Positions 12,650 to 23,967 of a stretch of 64,000 bases of DNA are shown here, piece after piece (the first letter of the stretch is position 1; every line of letters starts with the position of its first letter). The DNA comes from Felis catus (Eukaryota): contig NC_058368.1 in assembly GCF_018350175.1 (NCBI RefSeq), positions 101,930,001 to 101,994,000 of the forward strand, read 5' to 3'. The position numbers and the translations under genes were made by a program. Under the pieces are notes generated by a model that ran no database searches, had not been told where the DNA came from, and saw nothing but the letters and a program-made list of their open reading frames with translations.

Positions 12650-12820
12650 TGCATTCCATACATTATCTCATTGAATCCTCCTAACAGTGTAACCTATGGA
12701 AAAAACTGAAACTTACAAAGTTAAGGCCAGTAGTTCAAAGCTATTGAGGTAGTGAGTAGTAAAATCAACATAGTAACAGAGACCTCTTTGACTCTAACTT
12801 CAGTGCCTTTTGTACCACAC
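12650..12820 (-). mobile_element. MIR fragment
   Basis: attatctcattgaatcctcctaacag...aaaactgaaacttacaaagttaag. Confidence 0.55.
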
Positions 12821-13218
12821 AGATCTTCCTACTCAAATGCCTCCAGAGTACCTATTTTGTGAGAGGTAAAATGTCTAACTATAGGCCATCCTTATTTCAT
12901 AATCATTATTACACCTTGCAAGCTCTCTGCATCACAGAGGAGGAACTACATTTCCCAGAATTCCCTTCCCTCCATGATTCCAACTTAGTGGTTTTTACAT
13001 GACAGCAAGAGAGTGGGAGATGGAAGGATGGGCATGGTTCTCCTGAAACACTGGCAACCAGAAATATGGACAGTGATGACATTCACAGCAGCTTAGCAGG
13101 GAGTTATTGAGAACCAACAGCTTTATAACTTCAGGCTGATATCAGAGATCATTCTTCTGATCTTTGCTTCTCGGGTTCTTCCAATGTAAGCCTCCAACTG
13201 TTATATTAAAACCCGTCA

Positions 13219-13858
13219 GGGGCACCTGGGTGGCTCAGTTGGTTAAGCATCTGAATTCGACTCAGGTCATGATCTCACAGCTCATGAGTTCAAGCCCTGA
13301 GTCGGGCTCTGTGCTGATGGCTCAGAGCCTGGAGCCTGCTTCAGATTCTTGTCTTCCTCTCTCTCTCTCCCCCTCCTTGGTTCATGCTCTGTCTCTCTCT
13401 CAAAAATAAATATAAAAAAAAACTTTTAGGGGTACCTGTAGGTTCAGTTGGTTGAGCATCCGACTCGTGATTTTGGCTCAGGTCATGATCCCAGGGTCAT
13501 GGGATAGAGCCCCATGTCGAGCCTGTGTAGAGTTCTGTGCTAAGCATGAAGCCTGCTTGGGATTCTTTCTTCCCCTCTCTCTGCCCCTCATCCTGACTCT
13601 CACTCTCTCTCTCAAAAACAACAAAAAATCCTTGGGGCGCCTGGGTGGCGCAGTCGGCTAAGCGTCCGACTTCAGCCAGGTCACGATCTCGCGGTCCGTG
13701 GGTTCGAGCCCCGCGTCGGGCTCTGGGCTGATGGCTCAGAGCCTGGAGCCTGTTTCCGATTCTGTGTCTCCCTCTCTCTCTGCCCCTCCCCCGTTCATGC
13801 TCTGTCTCTCTCTGTCCCAAAAATAAATAAACGTTGAAAAAAAAAATTAAAAAAAAAA
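13219..13858 (+). mobile_element. Three tandem SINEs (13219-13422, 13429-13628, 13634-13858)
   Basis: Three consecutive heads/bodies/tails; third is youngest, with TSD aaaaaatcctt. Confidence 0.95.
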
Positions 13859-14503
13859 TCCTTTATACCTGAGACACAAAGAGTAGGTTCTGAGTTCTTC
13901 ACCAAATCCCGAATATGTGCATTTTGCATGTGATATTTTTATTTCATCACAACCTCTCTTAATCTTGTACCAGATGCAAAAAAACGGAGGCATAAAAAGT
14001 TGTTGCTCTAGATCACAATCTACGACCAGGGGTTGATCCCTCGAGCCTATGCTGATTCTGCTTCAAGTGGAGGAGTGTTTGGGGAAAAATGCGGAGGCAG
14101 TTGGGCTAAGTGAGAAACAAGGTCACAATCTCCTAGCAATATCATTAACAGTGTGTGGGTACAGAAGCATGAGACGATGGCAAATGTACTGACCAGCCAT
14201 GTACTAAAATATCAAGGGAATGAGAAAATGACAACTCTGGTTTATCCCTCAGTGACCCAAGTTGGTGCTCGAGAAAGTCATAGTTTCATTGGGCAACTGT
14301 TTAGCCCTCTGCACAAATCAGGATGAAAAATGTTGCCTCGTGTTAGCCACTGTAAATTAGCTATTTCATTATGTTTTACTTTCATATTTTTAAAGGTCTC
14401 CCAATCATTTTTTATTGCCCATTCAATTACAATAAACCCTTAGTGGGTAAATAATCCTTCTTCTGAAAGGTATTTATAGCAACATGTTCTTTTCTGGGCT
14501 TAC

Positions 14504-14679
14504 CCAGACAAAACAGTGGTTTTTACTAAAAGTCCTTGGTCACTCAGTCAAATGCATCGTTCAGCCCACAGTGCCGAGTAACCGTGCAGAGAAGCCGGCC
14601 TCATACATAAGATCAATAATAACTCTAATGTACTCTGTACAGGCAAGATTGGGTACTTCCTTCATGAAAGACTAAAAGA
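14504..14679 (-). other. Candidate noncoding exon (176 nt)
   Basis: Minus strand: branch-like ctaac, gctcttctttttacag| acceptor, tgg|gtaagc donor; no through reading frame. Confidence 0.35.
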
Positions 14680-16206
14680 CTGTAAAAAGAAGAGCATTAC
14701 TGTTAGCCAGCACTTTTATTCTTGTTTTACAAGCAATATGCAATTTAATTTGGATTTAACTTCCCCATTCAGTAATCTGTAGTTCTTTCAGAATGCCAAC
14801 ATGAAGGAAATGGCAAATCAGAAGAGTCTGGTAAATGTGCATTTTAAACATAAGGCAGGCGTTATTAGATTCACCATGTGTCCAATCTTTGTTCTTGGTT
14901 CATCGGGCCACGATTCATGTCAAATCATTTATCTTATTTTTATTTCAAGACTACAACTGATACGTGATGCAGCTTAGCAGTTAGAGAAAATGATCAATAG
15001 GCCTCCTTAGCTTCTGATGAATGGGTGCTAATATAAAAATAGAGCAAAATCAACAACTACCACAGCATATACAAATAGTGATCCAGAAATGTAAGCCCAA
15101 TCCTGCGCCTGTTTCTGGGAAAGAGGGCAACGATTTGATGAGAATCTGTATTTTCCTGCCTGGGGCTTCTGATTTACAAGTCAATTTCTATTCTTAATTT
15201 ATTTTCTGATAAGGCAGGAGATCAGTACTATATTTTAACCAGATTGTGTCGTAGAGGTTTTTAAACCTGTTTTCTCTACGTGTCTAATTTGAGGTTAATG
15301 GGTGCTTTGGTTCAACGAGGGTGTCTAATGTCTCTTGTTCCCATTTGGCAAGCCAAACGTTCGTTTGGACCACAATTTGTCAGATGATTATAATCTGCTT
15401 ATATCCATTCAGGTGGCCACTGAATTGCCCACAATCTGCACCATTCATCAACTTGCCTTCTTGGTTGTTAAGGGAACTGAAAACATCAGCTCAACTATTT
15501 TTTTTCCAATCTGGTGTTTTTCATGTTTCCCCCACTTTCATCATGTTAGTTAATTTCTCTGTTTTTGCATTCACTTTTCCACTCATGGTGGAAAAATACA
15601 TCGGAGTTTCATCATGACCGCGATTTTTTTTAGCCTGCATAAAAACCTAGCTGTGTCTTTTAACCTGACCTTGACAAGGAGACTACTCAAATTTTCACAG
15701 TGAGAGATGTAGGTGGGCTCCAAAAAAACAGGCTAGTTCGGTAGCATGAGAAATGAAAGTGGAATCAGTTGCCTCTTTACCAACCAAAATTATGTCTATG
15801 TATTTCCACTATCTTCATCTATATCACACTTAGTGGAAATAAATACTTAAGTAAATACTCATAATCACTATAATATTCCTGAGGACTGTGGCTCTGTCTT
15901 CACAGATAAAACTAAGGAGAATGCTGGGCAATTATCCCACGGGTTTCATTCACAAAGACAAACGTGTAGGAAAATGTGGCCAAAGTCATATGGCTTTGTC
16001 CTCAATTAAAAAAAAAAAATGTCTTTTCTTTAAATCTTTTCAATCTGTTTTTTTAATAGTAATCCAACAAATATTTAATGGGTACTTAATTTGTTACAGG
16101 TTTTTAGATATTCAAAAGATAAAAACCACCCTGAAGAAATTCTAGAAATGGGGATTCACACAGTGAATTCAATCCCACGCCTCCTCTTCATTCCCTACCC
16201 ACTCAC

Positions 16207-16235
16207 CAAACTGTACCACTGAACATGTGACACCT
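16207..16235 (-). other. Candidate 29-nt microexon
   Basis: Minus strand: cttcctgtatttttcatag| ... ttg|gtgagt. Confidence 0.2.
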
Positions 16236-17289
16236 CTATGAAAAATACAGGAAGCTATATAAATTACAAAATACACTCACGATGTCTTCAGCTAAGTGGA
16301 AAAAGTATGTACATTTTCCAAGAGAGAAAAACAGATTCAAAGTATATGGCTATCGCCTTCAAGGGACAGGAGTCACTATACCATCCAGGTCATATGTACC
16401 ATACCCCGTACCAAGCTATTCCCCCCTGTATATTCCGGCAAAGACAAGAGACGCTAAAAAGCTTTGATGAAGACAAGGACAGAATATCGTGGAGGTATAC
16501 AGAAGAACCAGCTAAACAATAAGACCGTCTAAGACTCCCCGCTTCAGGAGGAATGAATGTCCTCCCTAGCAAAATCTTTTCCCTGATCAAGAGACTGGAT
16601 CTCTAGGAGACAGTGGCAAGAAATAAGCTGTGGGCATTCACTTACTAAATGTTTGCTCATCATTTATTATTCATTGGACATATGTTCAATAAATATTTCC
16701 TGAGTATCTCTCATGCGCCAGGCATATGGCATTTACCAAGAATCCCTTATATGCCAGGTAATGCGTAAGTATCAGGGATTCGTCTATGTCCTTGGGAAGG
16801 AAACTGAAAATTCTAGGAAGAACTTCAAATCCATTCTTTTCCCCCAGTCAATGATGACCCAAAGCCTTCTAATTTCTGTTTAGGGAAGCCACACCCATTT
16901 TCTTGGGGTCAGTTTCCCAAATACTCCGTGGGGGAAAAAAACCCTTCCCATTATGAAAATTATACATTAAAGAAGTCAAATTGGTTATTTCCAGCTTGTA
17001 AACCACTGTTAAAGAAAAAAAGAACACCCCAAGCCTAGGGCAAATCCTAGGTGACACCTAAAAATGGAACTATTTCTGGCAGAGGATATTGAGAAGAAAC
17101 CACAAAGAAGGTAAATTTTTTGATCACCTTTGTCTCTACAGTACTGGAAACTTGTGGAAGCAAAGATTTCTCACTAAGAAAAGGAAAACTGTGAGTTGTT
17201 TCACTTAAATGAGATGAAATTTTACCTGAAAGGACTCCTTTTTCCTTTTTGAGAATTTAATTTAGGAGGCTGTTAACCCCTCCGGTATC

Positions 17290-17380
17290 AGATCTGGAAC
17301 TACCTGTAGGCACCCCCCTGTGGAAACACCGAGACAGGATATACAAGTCTCATAAAGATATAGATGTACATGCAATGGCT
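17290..17380 (+). repeat. Left arm of 91-bp inverted repeat
   Basis: Reverse complement of 18516-18606 with 6 mismatches and no gaps; flanked by ctccggtatcaga / ctccagtatcaga. Confidence 0.97.
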
Positions 17381-18515
17381 CCAGTATCAGACGTACACAT
17401 CTCGTTAAAACCACCCTGAAATTTGCTGTGAGCAATGAAATAGATCCCAAGACCAGGAAAATAGTTCAGCTATGTGACCAATCTAAAATACACACCAGGT
17501 AACAAAGAAGAAGATCCGGTCTTAATTAAAAGCAAATACCCAGTTTCCCTCTCCTATTTTTCTATATTTGCTTCTTCACTTAGTGTTTCAAAGTAGAAAC
17601 ACTTTTTTTCTACTTTCAAAGTAGAAAAACTCAGCTAGAGTTTCAAAGTAATTTTCTGATTTTCTCCATTAAGATTTCTCCTCTGTTTTTCTTTCTCCTC
17701 CTTTTTCAGACAGGTTGTCATGAGTTTGGAAGCTACTGAAAAGAGCTTAGCTCCATTAAAAAATCAACCCAACTCCCTGCTTCTCAAATATTTGATAAGA
17801 AATGTTGCCTGTGTTAAGTCTATAACATATAAATTTTTTGGAGGATTATACTATACCAATTATACTGTTCCTGATTAAAATTGTAAAATGCTTTGGGGCA
17901 ACTATGTTCACATTTCACATAAAAGCAAATAGGTGTACAAGTCAGAAATTTAACAGGGGCTTGGAACAACACATTAAAGAAGGAATCGTTCCTTGTGATT
18001 CAAGGTCATGTCCTGTTTTTTATAAATAGAATTCATTTAAAGTGATGTAAATAGCATACACTTCATGTTATATAAAGCAATGAAATATCGCATACACCTT
18101 GTATCATCTGTCTATATTGAATTTTTGCTATTTATTTCTACTAATGACATCTTTGCCAAAGGGGCAAAACAAGTTTTAGAAATGTTCACTACATTGGCAT
18201 AGCCCCTAGACATCTGCTTTTCATAATCTTGTTGCCCTACGTTATCACCAATCTCTGAAGTACATTTTAGCCAGCGTTACTGTCTGTTATGAACAACAAG
18301 AACGTGAGGCCCAGATCGGGCAGGGGGTGGCAGGAAACCGCCTTGGTTATCAACATTTCCATAGTCAAAGCGTGCTTGCTGAATTTGCTTCTTCCAGAGC
18401 TGACCACACTTCAGAATGGCACGCGGTGACCCAAGAGTTCTCTTCCCACTTTTGGGGTCTCTCCTATTTGCAGAATCTAAAACTACAGGAGAAGAGCAGA
18501 CCCATCTGGATGCAC

Positions 18516-18606
18516 AGCCACTGCATGTACATCTATATCTTTATGAGACTTCTGTATCCTGTCTCCGTGTCTCCACAGGAGGGTGCCTACAGGTAGTTCC
18601 AGATCT
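18516..18606 (-). repeat. Right arm of 91-bp inverted repeat
   Basis: Base-by-base alignment to 17290-17380; also visible as shared peptide PLHVHLYLYET...VSTGGCLQVVPDL in opposite-strand ORFs. Confidence 0.97.
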
Positions 18607-19121
18607 CAGTTATGCAAAGAAAATGCATTCCTTTACCACAAGCACTCACACTGCTTGTAAAAGGTCCTCTCTGGGAAAGAGGCACTGGAGAGATTGTTAA
18701 AAGTGAAGATGAGTTAGTGCGCTGACGGGCAGAATAGAAAGAATAAGACAGGCATATTTTAGCTTTGACACAATCCCAGAGGAACGGAACAAAAGGGAAG
18801 CGGGGTGGGGAGTGAGACAGAAAAGGAGGGAAATCGTGTGAGGGTTCCAACAGTTCCCTGTCTACCCTTAGAACAGGGGCAGGCGATTTCCCAAATGGGA
18901 CGGAGGTTCTCAGAGAGGCCTTACACACTACTGTGTCTCAAGATTGTCTGTAGGAAAGGAAGACAAAGGACAAATCCGATGGCTCCTTCTCATTCAGTGA
19001 TTCCCTCCGATCCAAGTCTGCCCTTTGGAACGTCCATATCCTTCTATTTATCTATTTGCCTCTGGGCTGTTTTGGGTAAGGACTGCATGAGCTAGAGGCC
19101 CCAGGGCGCTAATTTCGCCAG

Positions 19122-19132
19122 TGCGCATGCGC
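19122..19132. promoter_or_regulatory. NRF1 consensus motif
   Basis: tgcgcatgcgc with both CpGs intact. Confidence 0.35.
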
Positions 19133-19174
19133 CATGACCAACACTGCGTGAAGGGTTTCTAAACCTGCACTCAC

Positions 19175-19260
19175 CTCTGCAAAACTAGTGACATTTATCT
19201 CCAGGGCTACACCAGCAAGCCAAGCAAATGTGTGCATCTAGAGTAGTGCCGAAATTGGCC
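19175..19260 (-). other. Candidate noncoding exon (86 nt)
   Basis: Minus strand: cttactctttgtacag| acceptor and gag|gtgagt donor; stop codons in all three frames. Confidence 0.4.
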
Positions 19261-19437
19261 CTGTACAAAGAGTAAGTCTAGAATGAGAAAGCTGATCACC
19301 CAAGGGAGGATCACTTACTCCCTCCTTTGTGTTTTTGTAGCACCTGATATATGCCAATATTATGATTTTAACCCACTGAATCATAATTAGTTATTTATAT
19401 GTCTGCCTCTCCCCCAAAAGACCGTGAACTCCTTAAG

Positions 19438-19574
19438 TAGGGCGACCTTACCTCGGGATTTGACCGAGTATTGGTTTCACTCCGTTCAGATCAGTTAACA
19501 CCGGACAATTATTTTAATTCCCTCTTTCAATGACAAAGGGTCCAGTTTGGATAATGAATTACAGGATTACCATA
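19438..19574 (+). mobile_element. MER81-like hAT MITE inserted in an L2 3' end
   Basis: taggggcgacc...caattattttaattccctctttca...gtccagtttggataatgaattac resembles MER81; L2 text resumes on both sides. Confidence 0.65.
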
Positions 19575-21231
19575 CTCATACGACAGAGGCCACGTCTTAC
19601 TCAACATTCAACGTACCTGAGTACCTACTGTCACGTCTGGATCTTAACACGTGTTCAAATAAGGATACAATAACTTCTTCTAAAAAAGAGGAAAGAGTGA
19701 CAAGATTGAACACCTGAAATACTCTGCAACGTTAAAACGAAAAAGCAAAGACATCGACAGTATTTGCTAAATTAAGAAATGCCATTGGCTTCCCAGAATT
19801 TCATGGATGGGAGGCAAAAATGTTAAGAGGTGAACCCATCACGGAATGTAGACTTCTGGTTTTGGTGACTGGGAGAGTTGCAAGAAGGAAAGAATACTGG
19901 TTGATGAATAAACAATAAGAGGTCCCATTTCCTCAGTGGTAATTCTGTAGCAGCCATTGGGCATTTCACCCGCTGGCAAACATTTGAAGTGCTCAGCCAG
20001 TAAGTATTCTCTGATTTTGTTTGGAGTGGAAATGTGTCCAACCAAAAATCTCCTAATTTTCTAGCTTCCATTACAAGGGATGGCCATGATATGCAGTAAT
20101 AGCCTCTGAGACATAGCAGGAACCAACTCAAAAGATTTTCAGAAAAGGAGACGTTACCTCCTTCTCATTTAACCAGTAGTAATGCACACAGTCTCGCAAC
20201 CAAAAATATTAAACACACACTGGTAGACGCCCCGCTCCCATGCTGCCAAATTCCATGCTTATCATGTTGTGACAAATGAAACCCTAACTGTTCAAGCCAA
20301 TGTTACTTGCATTTCTGTTGCCAACACAATTTCCAACTGACATTTTAATTCCTCCAATACCCCTGTGGAGTGGAATTATATGAAATTTTGACCTACAAAA
20401 GTAGTAATTTCATTCACTCATTCATTCATTTTTCGACATCTATTTAAGAGATATTTATTGAATGCCTACCATGTGCCAAGCATGGACACACGCTAGTCAA
20501 CTGGAAAAACAGTGGCTCTTAGTTTCAAATATATCACCCAACTATTACTGTTTAGCCCCCCCAATTCATAAAACTCAGTGACGGAACTAGTGAACCACAT
20601 GAAAAGGATAATTACTTGAGGAGGAGCCATACATGATTAAGATGAAAATTATACAGAAAAATTAATTTAAACCAAACAGATAATTTCCTTTTAACATTAA
20701 TATGTGAGCAACTGGAAATTCAGTATCCTGTACTCTGAGTTTTACAAAGTTCAGAAAGTTGGAACTGCATAAAAATAAGGAAAATAGATTAGGACAATTC
20801 TTCTAACGGCCTGCAGTTTAAAAAGAAAATGCTACAATTCCGGATCCATCAATGAGGTGCTTTAGTTCCTGTACGATTTCTCTCAAAAATGTAGGCCACG
20901 GACTTGGGACACCAGCTTCAATCTGAATTCACACGCAAGTGATCTTTTTCGTTTGCTTTATTGCCAAGAACAACCAGACTTGGCAGGAAGCTCTGACACA
21001 CAAGGGTTAGTTCCCAAACGGTACCAAACGTGTCTTCTAAGAACTGTGGTCCGATATTCTAATAAGGTTCTTATGGGGGAAAGTAACAACTCTTGATTTA
21101 AGATCTCAAAGCCAAAACATCAGCAACAACAAAAAGAGTTCTTGAGTTCATTTTTTAAAACTTTTATAAAACTAGAAGAATTTCTCTTTATTGTTTATTT
21201 TTTTGTTTTTCTTAACATTCTTTCTTCTGCA

Positions 21232-21411
21232 GGGTCAGCTGAGTAGCTCAGTCGGTTAAAGGTCCAACTCTCAATTTTGCCTCAGGTCATGATCTCATAG
21301 TTCGTGAGATCGAGCCCCACGTCGGGCTCTGTGCTGTGAGACAGCCTGCTTGGGACTCTCTCCCTCTATCTCTGGAGACCCCCTCTCAAAATAAATAAAC
21401 ACTTAAAAAAA
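21232..21411 (+). mobile_element. Can-SINE
   Basis: Head, ggctctgtgctg body, aaataaataaac tail. Confidence 0.9.
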
Positions 21412-22105
21412 TACTGTTTCTTCTACAAAATCTTGATTTGGGAAACAAAGTATACTTTCCTGACATGTACACAGAATGAATACTCTAATGGTTCAGGAGA
21501 TAAAGCAATAATTTTGAGATTTAAGGACTAGAACATTTAACTTGAAAAATGGAAAGAAAAAGCAGTTTTGTGACCTTTTCATAGAGATTCTGTGACGATT
21601 ATCTAATAAGATCACATATTGTTTTGTCTTTGCAACTAGAGGGCCTAACCCCCCCCCCCCCCCCACACACACACACACACTGTCACTGAGAATACTGGAG
21701 ATTTTCACTAAATACATGTCTATCGGTTAGCTAATCCCAACCACCAACACATGATAAGAATCTACTGTAGACAGCATGGGTGTTGAAATACCTCTTTCCC
21801 GAGGACGCTATGCTTGTATAGGTGCTTTCTGGTTTAGCTGAAGTTATTAGCTTATCAAAAAAGTACTCATCACTTCTGAGAGGAGCTACTAAACAAAGGG
21901 CACCTGGGGTTCTAGTCCGCCGGGACACCATCTCCAAAGCAAACCTTATGTCCCGCACACAAGAGCCTGAGGAACCCATGATCCTGTCCGTGTCGGGCAG
22001 CATGACTGTTTTCAGGATGAAACCCCCAAAGGAATAAGAGGTAACAGCAACCGCAAACGATCACATACTAAAGAAATTAATTTTTTCAAACAATTATCTC
22101 ATGCT

Positions 22106-22306
22106 TTTTAAAATTTCGTAAAATATTTATTTTTGATGAGGCAGAATGTGAGTGGGGGGAGGGGGAGAGAAAAGGTGGGGGACAGAGGATCTGAAGTGAG
22201 CTCTGCCGTGCCAGCAGACAAGATGTGGCACTTGGACTCACAAACGGTGAGATCCTGACCTGAGCGGAAGCTGGGCGCTTAACCGACGAAGCCACCCCGG
22301 TGCCCC
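22106..22306 (-). mobile_element. Can-SINE
   Basis: Diverged full SINE in reverse. Confidence 0.9.
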
Positions 22307-22456
22307 CAAAATTATTTGATTCATAAAATTCTTTAAAAAAAAAAAAGGGTAACTACAAACAAAGGCTTCTAGATCTGACAAGGAGTCAGCTCCAGTTGAT
22401 GGAAGAACCACGTTCCACCCATCAAGCAAGTGTTCCACTTAAAGGAAGTACTTGAA

Positions 22457-22966
22457 GGGCACCTGGGTGGCTCAGTTGGTTGAGTGTCCGACTTCGGCTC
22501 GGGTCATGATCTCGCAGTTCATGAGTTCGAGCCCCGCGTCGGGCTCTGTGCTGACAGCTGGGAGGCTGGAGGCTGCTTCGGATTCTGTGTCTCCCTCTCT
22601 GTCCCTCCCCAGCTTGTGCTCTCTTCCTCTGTCTCTCTCAAATAAACTTTAAAAAAAAAAAAAAAGAAGAAAAAAAGAAGTACATTGACTTTATCACCAG
22701 CTAAAAAAGAACACTCTTAAAAACAAATAGGAACCTAGGGATTCCTGGGTGGCTCAGTCTGTTCAATGTTCGACTTAGGCTCAGGTCATGATCTTGTGGT
22801 TCCTGGCTCGAAGCCCCGCATTAGGCTCTGCTGAGAGCTCAGAGTCTGAAGCCTGCTTTAGAGTCTGTGTCTCCCTCTCTCTCTGCCCTTCCCCTGCTCA
22901 TGCTGTCTCTTTCTCTCTCTCTCTCAAAAATAAAGAAGTATAAAAAAAATAAAAACTAAATAAAAA
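22457..22966 (+). mobile_element. Two Can-SINEs (22457-22677, 22738-22966)
   Basis: Two full bodies with A tails. Confidence 0.93.
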
Positions 22967-23061
22967 TCTTGGCCTATTTTGATAATGAAAATAAGGGAAA
23001 TTTGTAATGAAATGAACTTAATCTTGAATTCTCAAAATTATGAGTTTAAAAAGAATATATT

Positions 23062-23172
23062 TCTTTCTTTTTTTTAATTACAATAAAAATGCAGGGCTCG
23101 AACTCATGAACTACGAGATCACGATCTGAGCCAAAGTTTGACACTTAACCAGATGAGCCACCCAGGCACCCC
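23062..23172 (-). mobile_element. Partial SINE (tRNA head only)
   Basis: gggctcgaactcatgaac...gagccacccaggcacccc. Confidence 0.85.
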
Positions 23173-23392
23173 TTTTTTTATTTCCAATAATAAGAGAAAT
23201 TTATGTTGACTGTAGGTAAAGTGGAATTCATCGAAACATACAAAGAAACAATGCCTATAACCCAGTAATCAACAATGTCTGTTGTTAAGAGCCTTACTAC
23301 TGTTTTGTCTTTCTTATAACCTAGTATCATGCTTGGAGAAATCTGCCACATCTCATGTTTTTTTTTCAAAACATAATTTTCATGTTGCTGAG

Positions 23393-23967
23393 TGCGGTGG
23401 ACAGACCCTAAGTGTAGCCCACATTATCCCCATCCCTTGGTGTTCACACTCCATGTGTCCTCTGAGTTTGTGCGGGATCTGGGACTTGATTCTAACCAAC
23501 AAAGCACAGTGAAATTGACAGGGTGTATGAGGTTACTCGTACGTGAATGTTATGATGCTACATAACTTGGTAGCATCCATCTTTCAGGGGTCTCTCTCCC
23601 TTGTTAGCTTTGAAGAAGTGCACGGCCATGGTGGGTGTCCCATGTGGCAAGGAACTGCAGGTGGACACTGTTTGCTGAGGGTAAAATTCCAGGTGACAGC
23701 CAGCAAGCATCTGGGGCTCTCAGTCTTAGAGCTGGAATTCTGCCAACAGCCTGAGTAAGCTTGGAAGCAGATCCCTGCCCGGTCAAGCCTCAGATGACCC
23801 TGCAGACATTGCTGACACCTTGACCGCAGCCTTATTATATCCCAAGCAAAAGACCCAGCCAAGCCATGCCAAGACTTCTGACTCACAGAAACTGTAAGAT
23901 AATGAATACGTGTTGTTTTACGCCACTAAGTTTGTGCTAACGTTGTTACATGGCAACAGAAATACAC
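23393..23967 (+). mobile_element. MaLR LTR (MLT1 family) within an old minus-strand L1
   Basis: ccacattatccccatccc..., ctgccaacagcctgagtaagcttggaagcagat, cagaaactgtaagataatgaatacgtgttgttttacgccactaagttt. Confidence 0.9.

Noticed and set aside
17290..18606. Inverted repeat as DNA-transposon terminal repeats
   Set aside because: No outer TSD, no transposase remnant in the spacer, arms too similar for ancient elements, and the left arm has its own flanking duplication.
19438..19574. Apparent novel insertion with a minus-strand donor inside an L2
   Set aside because: Resembles the MER81 MITE, with a second copy at ~40.7-40.8 kb.
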